From Thalassospira australica (lineage in GTDB: Bacteria; Pseudomonadota; Alphaproteobacteria; Rhodospirillales; Thalassospiraceae): a stretch of 64,000 nt of DNA. The notes beneath the pieces are model-generated. The model saw nothing but the letters and a program-made list of their open reading frames with translations. It made no database searches and had not been told where the DNA came from. Positions 48,750 to 58,916 of the stretch are shown one piece after another (the stretch's first letter is position 1; each line of letters begins with the position of its first letter). The translations under genes and the position numbers were made by a program. The stretch covers positions 2,559,689 through 2,623,688 of the forward strand of contig NZ_CP085258.1 of NCBI RefSeq assembly GCF_044790785.1. The letters are read 5' to 3'.

Positions 48750-50434
48750 CCGGCTTTATCGAAAACCTGCATGATCCGCAAAACGCCGCCACCGCCCTTT
48801 GCATCGAAGGCGACCGGGTATTTCGCGTTGGCGATCTGCGTGCCGATATCGACCGCCTTTGCCCCACCCTGTCCGCATCTTCGCGCATCGCCATTCATTG
48901 CCAGTCGGCCCGTCTGTTCCTGATGGCGATCACCGCGGCATGGCGTGCGGGTGCGACCGTAATTTTCCCGGCAACCGACCGTCCGGCCTACCTTGATGGC
49001 ATTGTCGATCAGTTCGATCTTTATCTGGATGATGCCGCGATCCTCGAAAGACTTGCCACCGCAACCGCCGCAAACACCTGCTGCAACATGACGCTGCCCG
49101 CCGCATCCGATTGCCGCGCGGTGTTCTTTACCTCCGGCTCGACCGGGGATGCCAAACCGATCCCTAAAACACTGGCCCTGATCGAAGCCGAGATCGCCAT
49201 ACAGGAACCGCTTTGGCAACCGCACATCCCGCCGGGCGCGCGCATTGTCGGGCTGGTATCCCATCAGCATATCTATGGCCTGATTTTCCGCATCGTCTGG
49301 CCGGTGATGACAGGCCGTGTCTTTACTGCCGATCCCGCCCCCTATTGGGAAATGATGCAGGGCGATATCAATACCGGCGATGTCCTGATCACAAGCCCCG
49401 CGCACCTCAAAAACCTGCATCCCGATCTGGCCGGTGTGCCGCGCCCATCCCTGATCTTTTCATCGGGTGGCCCGCTTGACCTTGCCGCCGCGACCGAAAC
49501 CACTGCCATGCTCGGCACCTGCCCGACCGAAATTTACGGCAGCACCGAAACCGGCGGCATCGCCCATCGCCAGCAGACCGGCGACAACTGCCCGTGGCAT
49601 CCGCTGCCCGGTGTCGACATTGGTCTGAATGATGCCGGATGCCTGCGCGTGCGCGCCGCCCATATCGCGGGCGATGACTGGTATCAGACCGAAGACATCG
49701 CAAAGATCGATAACACAACCGGCACCTTCACCCTGCATGGCCGGGCCGACCGGGTGGTCAAGGTCGAAGGCAAACGCATTTCGCTGGGCGCGGTTGAACG
49801 CCATCTGCGCCAAAGCCATCTGGTCGAAGACGCCGTTGCCCTGATCCCCGATGATAATGACCGCCGCCTTGGCGTGGTGGCCGTGCTGTCGCCTGCCGGC
49901 CGCGATATGCTCGCCGATATCGGGCGGTTTCGCATGGGCCGCCAACTCCGGCGTGAAATCGCCAAATTCGAAGACGACGCAGCCTTGCCGCAACGCTGGC
50001 GCTTTGTCGATCAGCTACCATCCGACAGTCAGGGCAAACGTCCGCTTCATTTGCTGCGTGCCCTTTTTGCCGATATGGAACCTCTAACGCCTGAAATCGT
50101 TATACAAAATCGCGATGATGACCGCGTCAATCTGGCGCTGCGCCTGCCCACGGATCTGCTTTATTTCCGTGGCCATTTCCCCGGCATGCCGATCCTGCCC
50201 GGTGTCGTGCAACTGCACTGGGCCGTGGATCAGGCCGCAACGCTTTTTGATGTCCCGGTCACCATCGGCGAAGTGACACAACTGAAATACCGAAAGCCGA
50301 TCAAACCCGGCTCGACCGTGATGCTGGAACTTGATTGCGACCGCGACAGTGCGAAAATCAAATTCCGCTATCATTCCGACGCCGAAGGCGATCACAGCTC
50401 CGGTATTCTGAAATGGCGCGAGGCTGCCTCATGA
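48746..50434 (+). CDS. acyl-ACP/aryl ligase-like adenylating enzyme fused to C-terminal hotdog thioester dehydratase
   Basis: AMP-binding FFTSGSTGDAKPI, YGSTETGGIA. C-terminal FabA/FabZ-like YFRGHFPGMPILPGV. ATGA coupling. Confidence 0.75.
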   Translation: MTGFIENLHDPQNAATALCIEGDRVFRVGDLRADIDRLCPTLSASSRIAIHCQSARLFLMAITAAWRAGATVIFPATDRPAYLDGIVDQFDLYLDDAAILERLATATAANTCCNMTLPAASDCRAVFFTSGSTGDAKPIPKTLALIEAEIAIQEPLWQPHIPPGARIVGLVSHQHIYGLIFRIVWPVMTGRVFTADPAPYWEMMQGDINTGDVLITSPAHLKNLHPDLAGVPRPSLIFSSGGPLDLAAATETTAMLGTCPTEIYGSTETGGIAHRQQTGDNCPWHPLPGVDIGLNDAGCLRVRAAHIAGDDWYQTEDIAKIDNTTGTFTLHGRADRVVKVEGKRISLGAVERHLRQSHLVEDAVALIPDDNDRRLGVVAVLSPAGRDMLADIGRFRMGRQLRREIAKFEDDAALPQRWRFVDQLPSDSQGKRPLHLLRALFADMEPLTPEIVIQNRDDDRVNLALRLPTDLLYFRGHFPGMPILPGVVQLHWAVDQAATLFDVPVTIGEVTQLKYRKPIKPGSTVMLELDCDRDSAKIKFRYHSDAEGDHSSGILKWREAAS

Positions 50435-52119
50435 AAATCTGTGCCGTCATCCCGACCCATAACCATCATGACGTCCTGGCTGACGTCGTGTCGCGCATCC
50501 GCGAATATGATCTGCCGGTGATCATCATTGATGACGGCTCGAACGCGCAAACGCATGATGTTGTGGCCGCCCTGCATGATCCCGAAAATGGCGTCACATG
50601 TCAGCACCTGCCCGAAAATGGCGGCAAGGGGGTTGCGGTAATGGCCGGTCTTGCCCTGGCCGAACGCGCCGGTTTCACCCACGCCATTCAGGTCGATGCC
50701 GACGGGCAGCATAATCTTGACCGCATTGCCGAAATGATCCGCATCGCCCGCGAAGATCCCGCCGCCCTCATCACCGGGCTGCCGGTCTATGATGACAGCA
50801 TCCCGCAAAAACGCCGCATCGGGCGCTGGGTATCCCATGTATGGGTCTGGATCGAAACATTATCCACCCACATCCGCGACAGCATGTGCGGCTTTCGCGT
50901 GTACCCGGTTTCCGAAAGCCTCGCCGTCTGGCGCGAAGAAGGCTGCGGCCATAAAATGGATTTCGATACCGAACTGATGGTGCGCCTGTATTGGCGCGGT
51001 GTCCCCGTCCGCCATGTCCCGACCGAAGTCACATATCCCGAAAACAACACCTCAAACTTCCGCATGTGGAAGGACAATGTCCTGATCACATGGATGCATA
51101 CCCGCCTGTTTTTCGGTATGCTGGCCCGCCTGCCCGGCTTCATCGCGCGCGGCGGTCGTTTCGGTCCGAAAACCGGTACGGACCGCAATCAAAGCCACTG
51201 GGCGGAAATTGACGAACGCGGCATGTATTGGGGCATCCGGTTCCTTGGCATGGTTTATCGCTATGGCGGGCGCAGGCTTTGCATGGTGGTGATGTTTCCG
51301 ATCATCGCCTATTTCTTTGCCACAGGGCGGATTGCGCGCCGCGCATCGCAGGATTTCCTGACCCGGATTGCCGCCATCACCAATCAACCCAAACCGGGCC
51401 TGCGTGACAGTTTCCGCCATTTCATGAATTTCGGCGAAAGCGCGCTGGATAAAATTGCCGCATGGTCGGGCGAAATGAAGATCGACGATCTGGACCTGCC
51501 CGATCACGCCGACAGCCTGTTTGCCTATATCCCGCGCGATCAGGCAGTCATCCTGTTCGTATCCCATTTCGGCAATATCGAACTGGTGCGTGCGATTGCC
51601 AGCCGCGACCGCGATTTTCGCGTCAATGTGCTGCTGCATCAAAAAAACGCCGCCCGTTTTGGCCGGGTCTTGCAAAAATTCGCCCCCGAAAGTCAGGTCG
51701 ATCTGATCGAAGTCACCGATATCGGCCCCGATACCGCGATGCTGCTGCGTGAAAAGGTCGAACGCGGCGAATGGATCGTGATTGCCGCCGACCGCGTTGC
51801 CATCGGTGCCCGCGATAAATCGGTACGTGTCCCGTTTCTGGGTGATCCGGCCCCCTTCCCGCAGGGGCCGTTTGTTCTGGCCCATCTGCTGCAATGCCCG
51901 GTCTATATGGTTGCGGCATGGCGCAATGGGAAACGCTTTGAAATCGCGTGGGAAAAACTGGCCGATAAAATAACCCTGCCGCGCGCCAATCGTACCGGCA
52001 AAATCACCGAATATGCCGAACAATATGCGGGCTGGCTTGAAAAGCTTGTTGTTACAAAACCGCTGCAATGGTTCAATTTCTATGACTTCTGGGCGAATAA
52101 AAAGGACGACAATGAATAA
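50431..52119 (+). CDS. family-2 glycosyltransferase fused to lipid-A-type (LpxL/HtrB-like) acyltransferase
   Basis: N-terminal GT2 (ICAVIPTHNHHDVL...IIIDDGSND-like, DADGQH). C-terminal LPLAT-like domain (FVSHFGNIELVRAI). ORF track start 50335 trimmed to the coupled ATG at 50431. Confidence 0.7.
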   Translation: MKICAVIPTHNHHDVLADVVSRIREYDLPVIIIDDGSNAQTHDVVAALHDPENGVTCQHLPENGGKGVAVMAGLALAERAGFTHAIQVDADGQHNLDRIAEMIRIAREDPAALITGLPVYDDSIPQKRRIGRWVSHVWVWIETLSTHIRDSMCGFRVYPVSESLAVWREEGCGHKMDFDTELMVRLYWRGVPVRHVPTEVTYPENNTSNFRMWKDNVLITWMHTRLFFGMLARLPGFIARGGRFGPKTGTDRNQSHWAEIDERGMYWGIRFLGMVYRYGGRRLCMVVMFPIIAYFFATGRIARRASQDFLTRIAAITNQPKPGLRDSFRHFMNFGESALDKIAAWSGEMKIDDLDLPDHADSLFAYIPRDQAVILFVSHFGNIELVRAIASRDRDFRVNVLLHQKNAARFGRVLQKFAPESQVDLIEVTDIGPDTAMLLREKVERGEWIVIAADRVAIGARDKSVRVPFLGDPAPFPQGPFVLAHLLQCPVYMVAAWRNGKRFEIAWEKLADKITLPRANRTGKITEYAEQYAGWLEKLVVTKPLQWFNFYDFWANKKDDNE

Positions 52120-53674
52120 CAGCCGCACCACTGTCCTGTTTGGCGAGGAAAACCTGCGCATCGAAGATATCGTTGCCCTTGCCGAACAACGTGCCCTGCC
52201 CGTCCTGTCATCCGACCCGGAATTCACCACGCGCATTCAGGCCGGGGCCGATTTCCTTGATCGGGAATTGCGTGATCACGGCCATATCTATGGTGTCACC
52301 ACCGGCTATGGCGATTCCGTATCGCGCCGCGTGCCGCCCGAACTGGTCGCCGAACTGCCGCTGCATCTCAGCCGGTTTCACGGCTGCGGCCTTGGCGATA
52401 TTCTGGCCCCCGATCAGGCGCGCGCCGTCCTTGCCGTCCGCCTCGCATCCCTTTGTACCGGCTATTCCGGTGTCAGCCTTGATCTTCTGCGTCAGCTTGC
52501 CGGATTGCTCGAACATGACATCACCCCCCTGATCCCCGAAGAAGGATCGGTGGGCGCCAGCGGCGATCTGACCCCGCTTTCCTATGTGGCCGCCGCCCTG
52601 ATCGGCGAACGCGACGTGCTGTATCGCGGCCGGAAAATGACCGCCCTTGATGCGCTTGCATCCTCCGGGTTAACGCCGTTAACGCTGCGCCCCAAGGAAG
52701 CCCTGGCGATCATGAATGGCACATCGGTCATGACCGCGATGATGTGTCAGGCGTTCGTGCGTGCTGATTACCTTTGCCGCCTGACCGCACGCATCACAGC
52801 ACTTGCCTCCATCGGGTTGCTCGGCAATCCCGCCCATTTTGACAAACGCCTGTTTGCCGCCAAACCCCATCCGGGGCAGGCCCGCATTGCCGCCTTTATC
52901 GAAACCGACCTTGCCGATCTGGGCACCAATTATGCCCCCGCCCGGTTGCAGGACCGCTATTCGCTGCGCTGTGCACCGCATGTCATCGGCGTTCTGGCCG
53001 ACATGATGCCGACCTTCCGCGCAACGCTTGAAACCGAACTTAATAGCGCCAATGACAACCCGCTGATCGATGTCGAAGGCGAAACCATCCTGCATGGCGG
53101 GCATTTCTATGGCGGCCATGTTGCCTTTGTCGCCGATGGCATGAAAACCCTGATCGCCAATCTGGCCGATCTGATGGACCGGCAGATGGCGCTTCTGGTC
53201 GATACCAAGTTCAATCACGGCCTGCCATCGAACCTGTCGGGATCGGATGCCAGCCGCGCCTCGATCAATCACGGGCTCAAGGCCGTGCAGATCGGCGTTT
53301 CCGCCTGGACGGCAGAGGCATTGAAAAACACCATGCCCGCCAGCGTCTTCTCCCGTTCGACCGAATGCCACAATCAGGACAAGGTCAGCATGGGAACGAT
53401 TGCCGCCCGCGATTGCCTGCGCATCCTGCAACTGACCGAACAGGTCGCCGCTGCCAACCTGATTGCCGTCAAACAGGCGATCACGCTGCGCCTTAACAAC
53501 GGTGACATCAAACCGGAACAGCTTGGCAGCGACATCACCGCCTTCCTTGATGCGCTTGGCAATGACATCCCGTTTATCGCCGAAGACGAGCCACTCGAAG
53601 CAACCCTTCGCCTTCTGATCGACCGCATTCAATCGCGTCAATGGGCGCTTTATGGCGGGGGTCTGGCATCATGA
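52112..53674 (+). CDS. MIO-dependent aromatic amino-acid ammonia-lyase (HAL/TAL/PAL family)
   Basis: MIO-forming Ala-Ser-Gly triad in EEGSVGASGDLTPLSYVAAAL. Conserved GVTTGYG and LAIMNGTS regions. ATG 52112 overlaps the upstream stop; the ORF track over-extends to 52013. Confidence 0.8.
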   Translation: MNNSRTTVLFGEENLRIEDIVALAEQRALPVLSSDPEFTTRIQAGADFLDRELRDHGHIYGVTTGYGDSVSRRVPPELVAELPLHLSRFHGCGLGDILAPDQARAVLAVRLASLCTGYSGVSLDLLRQLAGLLEHDITPLIPEEGSVGASGDLTPLSYVAAALIGERDVLYRGRKMTALDALASSGLTPLTLRPKEALAIMNGTSVMTAMMCQAFVRADYLCRLTARITALASIGLLGNPAHFDKRLFAAKPHPGQARIAAFIETDLADLGTNYAPARLQDRYSLRCAPHVIGVLADMMPTFRATLETELNSANDNPLIDVEGETILHGGHFYGGHVAFVADGMKTLIANLADLMDRQMALLVDTKFNHGLPSNLSGSDASRASINHGLKAVQIGVSAWTAEALKNTMPASVFSRSTECHNQDKVSMGTIAARDCLRILQLTEQVAAANLIAVKQAITLRLNNGDIKPEQLGSDITAFLDALGNDIPFIAEDEPLEATLRLLIDRIQSRQWALYGGGLAS

Positions 53675-54078
53675 TCAGTGCATCCGTCACCGAAACGGTG
53701 CAATTCTATCACCTTGATCCGATGAATGTCGTCTGGCACGGCAATTACGTGCAGTTCTTTGAAAATGCCCGCTGCGCGCTTCTGGATCGGATCGACTACA
53801 ATTATCCGCAAATGGATGCGTCGGGCTATGTCTGGCCGGTGGTGGATATGCGGGTCAAATATGTCCGCCCCTGCACCTTCGGGCAAAACATCACGATCAC
53901 CGCGACGCTCCGCGAATATGAAAACCGGCTTAAAATCGACTATCTGGTCAGCGACAGCAAAACCGGTGAAAAACTGACCAAGGGCTTCACCATTCAGGTC
54001 GCGGTCGAAAAATCCAGCGGCGAAATGCTCTATCGCAGCCCCGATTTCTTCATCGAAAAGATGGAGGCCCTTGTTTGA
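53671..54078 (+). CDS. 4HBT-type hotdog acyl-CoA/ACP thioesterase
   Basis: YHLDPMNVVWHGNY and other 4-hydroxybenzoyl-CoA-thioesterase-like features. About 135 aa. ATGA coupling. Confidence 0.6.
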   Translation: MISASVTETVQFYHLDPMNVVWHGNYVQFFENARCALLDRIDYNYPQMDASGYVWPVVDMRVKYVRPCTFGQNITITATLREYENRLKIDYLVSDSKTGEKLTKGFTIQVAVEKSSGEMLYRSPDFFIEKMEALV

Positions 54079-54710
54079 TCCCGATCCGCCGCCTGATCGC
54101 CCCCCTCGCAACCGCCGCCCTGCTGGCCGCAGGCATGACCGGCACCGCACGGGCGGATAATATTCCGGCCCCCTCCACCATCAATCAGGATCAATATCTC
54201 GGCGGTTCCTTCACCATGGACCGCCATCTTGACGGCTTTGAAAAACCGCTCACCTCGAACGGTGATTTCGTTCTGTCCCCGACAAAGGGTCTGGTCTGGC
54301 GCACGTTGCAACCCTTCCCCGGCACCACAATCCTTGATGATCACGGCATCACCCGGATCGATGATCAGGGCAACCGCGATGAGTTGGCCCGCGGTGATCA
54401 GTTCCGCCAGTTTGTCGAACTGATTTCGGCCGTTCTTGCCGGGAACTGGCAACCGCTTGAACAGCGTTTTGACATCGCCAAAGGCACGACCGAAAGTGAC
54501 GCATGGCAAGTCAGCCTGACGCCCAAAGACGGCAGCACCATCCAAAGCCAGATCACCAAAATCACCGCCACCGGCACAGATTTTGTCGAAAGCGTTCGAC
54601 TGGAAAAACCGACCGGCGATCATGATGCCATCACCCTTTCCGATCAGGCATTGCAAACCCTGCCCCTGCCGCCCGAATTTGCCGCTCTTCTGACCGGCGC
54701 GGCTCAGTAA
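54075..54710 (+). CDS. LolA-like outer-membrane lipoprotein carrier protein
   Basis: Signal peptide (LIAPLATAALLAAGMTGTARA). About 190 aa periplasmic beta-barrel-type protein at the LolA-like position of APE clusters. TTGA coupling. Confidence 0.5.
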   Translation: MIPIRRLIAPLATAALLAAGMTGTARADNIPAPSTINQDQYLGGSFTMDRHLDGFEKPLTSNGDFVLSPTKGLVWRTLQPFPGTTILDDHGITRIDDQGNRDELARGDQFRQFVELISAVLAGNWQPLEQRFDIAKGTTESDAWQVSLTPKDGSTIQSQITKITATGTDFVESVRLEKPTGDHDAITLSDQALQTLPLPPEFAALLTGAAQ

Positions 54711-57031
54711 TGGCGTTGCGCGCAACCCTCTGGGCCATGTGCCTGATCGCGATGGCGGTTTTTACCGCGTGGCAATTGCGCGGCGGTCATACCGGGATTG
54801 ATGCCGATATCCTGTCCCTGATCGGGCAGGAAAATGCCGACCAAAACGGGCCGCAAAGTGACATCGCCACCGTCCGCCATCTGCTGGCAAATGATGGTCG
54901 GCAGGTGATCTTCATGCTTTCGCACGCCAACCGCGACACGCTTGAAACCGCCGCCACTGATTTCGCGGACCGGATCGCCGCCCTTGATGGCACGCAGGGC
55001 ATCACCCTGCCCGGTCACAACAATGATCGCTTCACCGATCTGATGGCGCTTTATAGCCCGCACGCCAACAGCCTGCTATCCCCGTCTGATCGCGAAAAAC
55101 TGGCAGATGGCGACGCCGAAACCCTTTATCGCCGCGCCATCCAGAACCTCTATTCCCCGGCAACAACGCTCAGCAGCCAGTCGCTGAAACAGGACCCCTT
55201 TGCCCTTCTGCCCGCCTTCCTGTCCGACCTTGGTGCCAAGCTTGGCACCGGCAATGACGTGATCACCCGCGACGGGCAATTTTACCTGCCGGTCATGACA
55301 AGCCTGTCGCCCGATCTGCGAAGCTCTGGCAACGATCAGAAATGGGTCGCAGATGCCAATACCGCCCTGCAATCCGTCACCGATGCCACACCCGGCCTGA
55401 GCACCGCCAAAACCGGCCAGATATTCTTTGCCGTGGCAGAAGCCACCCGCGCGCAATCCGATGTGCAACGCATCGCCATCATCGCGACCATCGGCGTCCT
55501 TGTGATGATCGGGCTGGTGTTCTACTCCCCCATCCCGCTTCTGGCCGCCCTTCTGGTCGTCGGCAGCGGCCTTTTGGCAGGCCTTGCCGCCGTGGTCGCG
55601 ATCTTTCCGGCGATCCATGCGATTGCGCTGGTGTTTGGCGCGACCATGATCGGCATTTCGGTTGATTATGCCCTGCATTACCTTGTGCTGCGCTCCAATC
55701 CCGGATCACCCACGGACCGGCTACGTAAAATCAGACCGGGGCTAAGCCTTGGCCTTCTGACATCCGTGATCGGCTTTGGCGCGCTATCGCTCAGCCCCAC
55801 CCAATTGCTCTCCCAGATCGCGGTTTATTCCGTCGCCGGTCTGGTGGCGGCCTATTCTTCGGTGCTGTTCCTGTTGCCCCTGATCCCGGCCCGCAATGTC
55901 CGGGCGTCCTCGCCGATCCGCAAACTGCATGATGGCTTGCAAGTCGCCCTTGGCAAAACATTTGCCCCGATCCGCGTTCGCCTGATCGCAAGTGCCGCCA
56001 TCATCGTCACCCTTGCCCTTGCGGCCTTCCTGATCCCCGGCAATAACGATATCCGCCAGTTCGGTCACGGCAATGACGCCCTGATAGCGGACGCCGGTAA
56101 AATCGCCGATATCCTTGGCCTTGGCGGCAGCCCCGTCTTCCTCCGCATTGACGGGGATGATCCCCAAGCCCGCCTTGAAACCGGCGAAGCAGTACGCGAT
56201 GCCCTGACACCACTGATCGCCGATAACCGCCTTGGCGGCATGATCGGCCTGTCCGATCTGATCCCCTCGATTACCCGGCAAACCGAAAACCGCGATCTGG
56301 TCACAACCGCGCTTTATGATCGCTTTGGCACGGCCCTGTCCGATCAGTTGCCGGTCACTGTCACCGCACCGGACATGGGTGCCGATTACCTTGTCCCCGA
56401 TGACACCGCGGCAAGGACATTGCCCGAAATCGCCCGCCTGCATTCCAGCAGATCGGACATCATCCGGCTTCGCAACGCCACCGATATCGATGCCATCCGC
56501 AACGCCCTTGCCGATATCCAAAACGTCACCCTGATCAACCCACCCATCGCGATCAGCAACCAGTTTGCCGCCTATCGCCTGTGGGCATGGATTGCCTTGG
56601 GGGGCGCACTTTGTGTTGCCGCCATCCTCGCGGTTTTACGCTACGGGCTTCAAACCGGCACTTGCGTTTTTGCCGCCCCCGCCGGGGCGATCCTGTTTGC
56701 CGTGATGGGCGGTTATGCCTTTGGTATTACCCAAAGCTTCTTTACCACCATGGCGCTGTTTCTGGTCTTTGCCATCGGGGCGGATTATGTGCTGTTTCTG
56801 GCCGAAAGCCGCAACGCAACCCATGATGACGACACGCGCCTTGCGGTGTTGCTGTCGCTGATCAGCAGTGTGCTGGCCTTTGGTCTTCTCGCCACATCAT
56901 CCGTGCCGCTGGTGCGCGATATCGGATCGGTGATTGCAATCGGCCTGATCGGGGCATGGTTCCTTGCCTTCTGGATGACCGCACCAACACATTATAACGC
57001 GCAAACCCGACATAAAAGGGAACAAGAATAG
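54710..57031 (+). CDS. MMPL/RND-type exporter (predicted lipid exporter)
   Basis: 773 aa with two 6-TM bundles separated by a large periplasmic domain. TAATG coupling. Confidence 0.7.
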   Translation: MALRATLWAMCLIAMAVFTAWQLRGGHTGIDADILSLIGQENADQNGPQSDIATVRHLLANDGRQVIFMLSHANRDTLETAATDFADRIAALDGTQGITLPGHNNDRFTDLMALYSPHANSLLSPSDREKLADGDAETLYRRAIQNLYSPATTLSSQSLKQDPFALLPAFLSDLGAKLGTGNDVITRDGQFYLPVMTSLSPDLRSSGNDQKWVADANTALQSVTDATPGLSTAKTGQIFFAVAEATRAQSDVQRIAIIATIGVLVMIGLVFYSPIPLLAALLVVGSGLLAGLAAVVAIFPAIHAIALVFGATMIGISVDYALHYLVLRSNPGSPTDRLRKIRPGLSLGLLTSVIGFGALSLSPTQLLSQIAVYSVAGLVAAYSSVLFLLPLIPARNVRASSPIRKLHDGLQVALGKTFAPIRVRLIASAAIIVTLALAAFLIPGNNDIRQFGHGNDALIADAGKIADILGLGGSPVFLRIDGDDPQARLETGEAVRDALTPLIADNRLGGMIGLSDLIPSITRQTENRDLVTTALYDRFGTALSDQLPVTVTAPDMGADYLVPDDTAARTLPEIARLHSSRSDIIRLRNATDIDAIRNALADIQNVTLINPPIAISNQFAAYRLWAWIALGGALCVAAILAVLRYGLQTGTCVFAAPAGAILFAVMGGYAFGITQSFFTTMALFLVFAIGADYVLFLAESRNATHDDDTRLAVLLSLISSVLAFGLLATSSVPLVRDIGSVIAIGLIGAWFLAFWMTAPTHYNAQTRHKREQE

Positions 57032-58269
57032 TGAGACCCGATTGCGATATCGCCATCATCGGTGCCGGGCCTGCCGGATCGGTCATTGCCAAATTCCTGC
57101 ATGATGCCGGCATGGCTGTTACCGTGCTCGAAGCCGAAACTTTCCCGCGCTTCGTGATCGGCGAAAGCCTGCTGCCCAATTGCATGAATGTGCTTGAACG
57201 TGCCGGGCTTCTGGATGCGGTCGCCGATGCCGGGTTCCAGTTCAAAAACGGTGCCGTCTTCGAATGCGGCCCCCAATATATGTCGATTGATTTCCGCGAA
57301 AATTTCGAACCGTCCGATTGCTGGGGCACCACGTTTCAGGTGAAGCGGGCCCGCTTTGACCAGATTCTGGCAACCGAAACCGCCCGCGCCGGGGTCGATA
57401 TCCGCTTTGGCCATCGCGTCACATCGGCACATCTTTCCGATGGCGATTGCCGCCTTGGCTTCACCGATGAAAACGGCAATCCCGGCGAACTCCGCGCCGG
57501 GTTCGTGGTCGATGCCAGCGGCTATGGCCGCGTCCTTCCCCGGATGCTCGGCCTTGCCCGCCCCGGTAAGTCGATTGAACGCCGCGCACTTTTTACCCAC
57601 ATGCGCGATCACATCATCGATCCCGGCTATGACCGCGAAAAAATCCTGATCACGGTGCATCCGACCCGTCATGAAATCTGGTACTGGCTGATCCCGTTTT
57701 CCGATGGCACCGCATCCATCGGCGCGATCTATCCCGATAATGATCCGGCCTTTGCCGGCATGTCTGATCAGGACATTTTCAATCAGTTGATCAACGACAC
57801 ACGTCTCGGAAGCCTGCTTTCCAATGCCGAACCGATCCGCGACCTTAATTCCATCGCCGGATATAGCGCACAATCGGAAAAACTTTTTGGCGATGGTTAT
57901 GTGCTGCTTGGCAATTCGGCGGGCTTCCTTGATCCGGTCTTTTCATCGGGTGTCACCATCGCCATGCATTCCGCCGAACTGGCCGCCAAGGCCTTGATCG
58001 CGCGTCATAATGGCAAGTCTGTTGACTGGAACCTGGATTTCGCCGCCCCGCTGTCAAAGGGGGTCGATACGTTCCGATCCTATGTCGATGCATGGTATGA
58101 TGGACGGTTACAGACGATTATTTTCAATCAGCCCGATGACGATTCACAACTGAAACGTATGGTCGTATCGATCCTTGCAGGTTATGCATGGAATATGGAA
58201 AACCCGCTGGTCGCCAAAACCGAACGCTATCTTGAGATGTTGCACGATCTATGCGCTCCGTCGTCGTAA
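57031..58269 (+). CDS. flavin-dependent halogenase (tryptophan-halogenase-like)
   Basis: GxGxxG (IAIIGAGPAGS). Halogenase signature WxWxIP (EIWYWLIPF). GTG start overlapping the upstream stop (TAGTG). Confidence 0.65.
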   Translation: MRPDCDIAIIGAGPAGSVIAKFLHDAGMAVTVLEAETFPRFVIGESLLPNCMNVLERAGLLDAVADAGFQFKNGAVFECGPQYMSIDFRENFEPSDCWGTTFQVKRARFDQILATETARAGVDIRFGHRVTSAHLSDGDCRLGFTDENGNPGELRAGFVVDASGYGRVLPRMLGLARPGKSIERRALFTHMRDHIIDPGYDREKILITVHPTRHEIWYWLIPFSDGTASIGAIYPDNDPAFAGMSDQDIFNQLINDTRLGSLLSNAEPIRDLNSIAGYSAQSEKLFGDGYVLLGNSAGFLDPVFSSGVTIAMHSAELAAKALIARHNGKSVDWNLDFAAPLSKGVDTFRSYVDAWYDGRLQTIIFNQPDDDSQLKRMVVSILAGYAWNMENPLVAKTERYLEMLHDLCAPSS

Positions 58270-58916
58270 AAACCCTTGTCGCTGGCATGCTTGCCACAGG
58301 TCTGAGCGCCTGTGAAACAATGAACATGCCCGATCTGTCGATGCCCGACTTTTCCCTGCCCGATGTCTTTACATCGGCCCCGGCACAGACCGTGATGCTT
58401 GACGAGGGCTATGAATTCACCCTGCCCGAACAGCCATGGACCAATGATGACGCCATCGACGTCACCCAGCAGGTCACGGCAAACTGGCAAACCGCCAACA
58501 GCAGCGAAACCGGAACCGGCACCTTTCAGGCCCGCCTGTCCCTTGAACGCGATCACGCCCGCATCGTCATGATCGATGATCTGGGCCGTCGCGCGATTGA
58601 TATCGACTGGACGCCCGATGCCCTGTCGGTCCAAACCGCAGACTGGCTGCCCGCAACGCTTGATGCCAAACGCATGCTGGCCGATATCGTCATGGTCTAT
58701 TGGCCGCTCGATATCGTGCGCGATGCCCTGCCGGGCAATATGTCGATCCGCGAAACCATGGGCGAAAGGATGCTTCGCATGGATAACAGTGGCCGCGCCT
58801 ATGCCCGGATTGAACGCCCGATCCGCGATGTCTGGCAGGGTGTGGCGAAGCTTCGCAATGAACGGTTCGGCTATGCCATCACGATCCAATCGAAACGGAC
58901 GGAACCGTCATCATGA
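58251..58916 (+). CDS. lipoprotein (DUF3261-like position), hypothetical
   Basis: Lipobox LSAC. ATG 58251 overlaps the halogenase 3' end by 19 nt. Confidence 0.5.
   Translation: MRSVVVKTLVAGMLATGLSACETMNMPDLSMPDFSLPDVFTSAPAQTVMLDEGYEFTLPEQPWTNDDAIDVTQQVTANWQTANSSETGTGTFQARLSLERDHARIVMIDDLGRRAIDIDWTPDALSVQTADWLPATLDAKRMLADIVMVYWPLDIVRDALPGNMSIRETMGERMLRMDNSGRAYARIERPIRDVWQGVAKLRNERFGYAITIQSKRTEPSS

Noticed and set aside
50335-50430. N-terminal extensions of ORFs 50335-52119 and 52013-53674 in the ORF track
   Set aside because: Coupled ATGs at 50431 and 52112 overlap the upstream stop codons. The extensions overlap the preceding genes in another frame and lack homology.
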